DNA of 56,372 bases from a virus (Duplodnaviria > Caudoviricetes). The DNA lies in IMG/VR virus record IMGVR_UViG_3300044641_005442, positions 1 through 56,372 of that record. The stretch is one strand, 5' to 3'. Both the position numbers and the translations under genes were made by a program. The notes under the pieces are model-generated. The model was given only the letters and a program-made list of their open reading frames with translations. It did no database searches and was not told the origin of the DNA. This document shows, piece by piece, positions 56,294 to 56,372 of the stretch; position 1 is the stretch's first letter; the number at the start of each line of letters is the position of its first letter.

Positions 56294-56372
56294 CCTACTC
56301 CCGATGGCACCCGGCTCCCTACGACGGAGACCGGGTGCTGTCGCGTACTATCGGCAAATCGGCTGCGCCGAT
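56294..56372. repeat. Intergenic module copy 3 (truncated by window end)
   Basis: CCTACTCC, then CGATGGCACCCGG/CCGGGTGCTGTCG stem 56302-56343, then TATCGGC..ATCGGC.GCCGAT. Confidence 0.85.

Noticed and set aside
53663-56310. Overlapping alternative-frame and minus-strand ORFs in the GC-rich region (e.g. 54090..54521, 54755..55453, 55279..55713)
   Set aside because: Expected shadow ORFs in high-GC DNA; the + strand set has promoters, RBS and hairpin boundaries. The similar MRQHP starts simply come from the repeat
54529-56343. Canonical integron attC sites or REP elements
   Set aside because: No RYYYAAC/GTTRRRY ends, no 5' GTAG foot in REP orientation, and no integrase or RAYT gene in the window; kept only as analogies
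54521-56372. CRISPR array
   Set aside because: Repeats are separated by whole genes about 880 nt apart rather than 30-40-nt spacers, and no cas genes are in the window

Overview
This window is a segment of a large, divergent T4-like (myovirus-type) phage genome. Positions 1-4.7 kb hold a sugar-nucleotide/heptose and glycosyltransferase cluster. uvsY, uvsW and gp3 follow. A near-complete head-neck-tail-baseplate block comes next: gp23, 22, 21, 20, two gp19, gp18, 17, 16, 15, 14, 13, reduced gp7/gp6, gp25, an apparently split hub, gp53, 48, 4, 54-like, 26 and 51. After gp32 and gp33 lie late genes, including a 2119-aa Cys-rich RCC1-repeat protein. An Sm-like / deaminase / SpoU methyltransferase / tRNA-Gln unit, a lysozyme-LysM gene, guaC and a group of low-complexity proteins with T4 internal-protein-like N-termini follow. 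At about 53.2 kb a G-tract repeat block separates the AT-rich body from a much more GC-rich array of small genes. These genes are interleaved with a repeated intergenic module: a double hairpin, back-to-back promoters and a conserved leader. That module, the RNA-modification/tRNA unit and the putative capsid-packaged proteins are the most unusual features. All product calls rest on motif recognition and synteny by eye; no database search was run.
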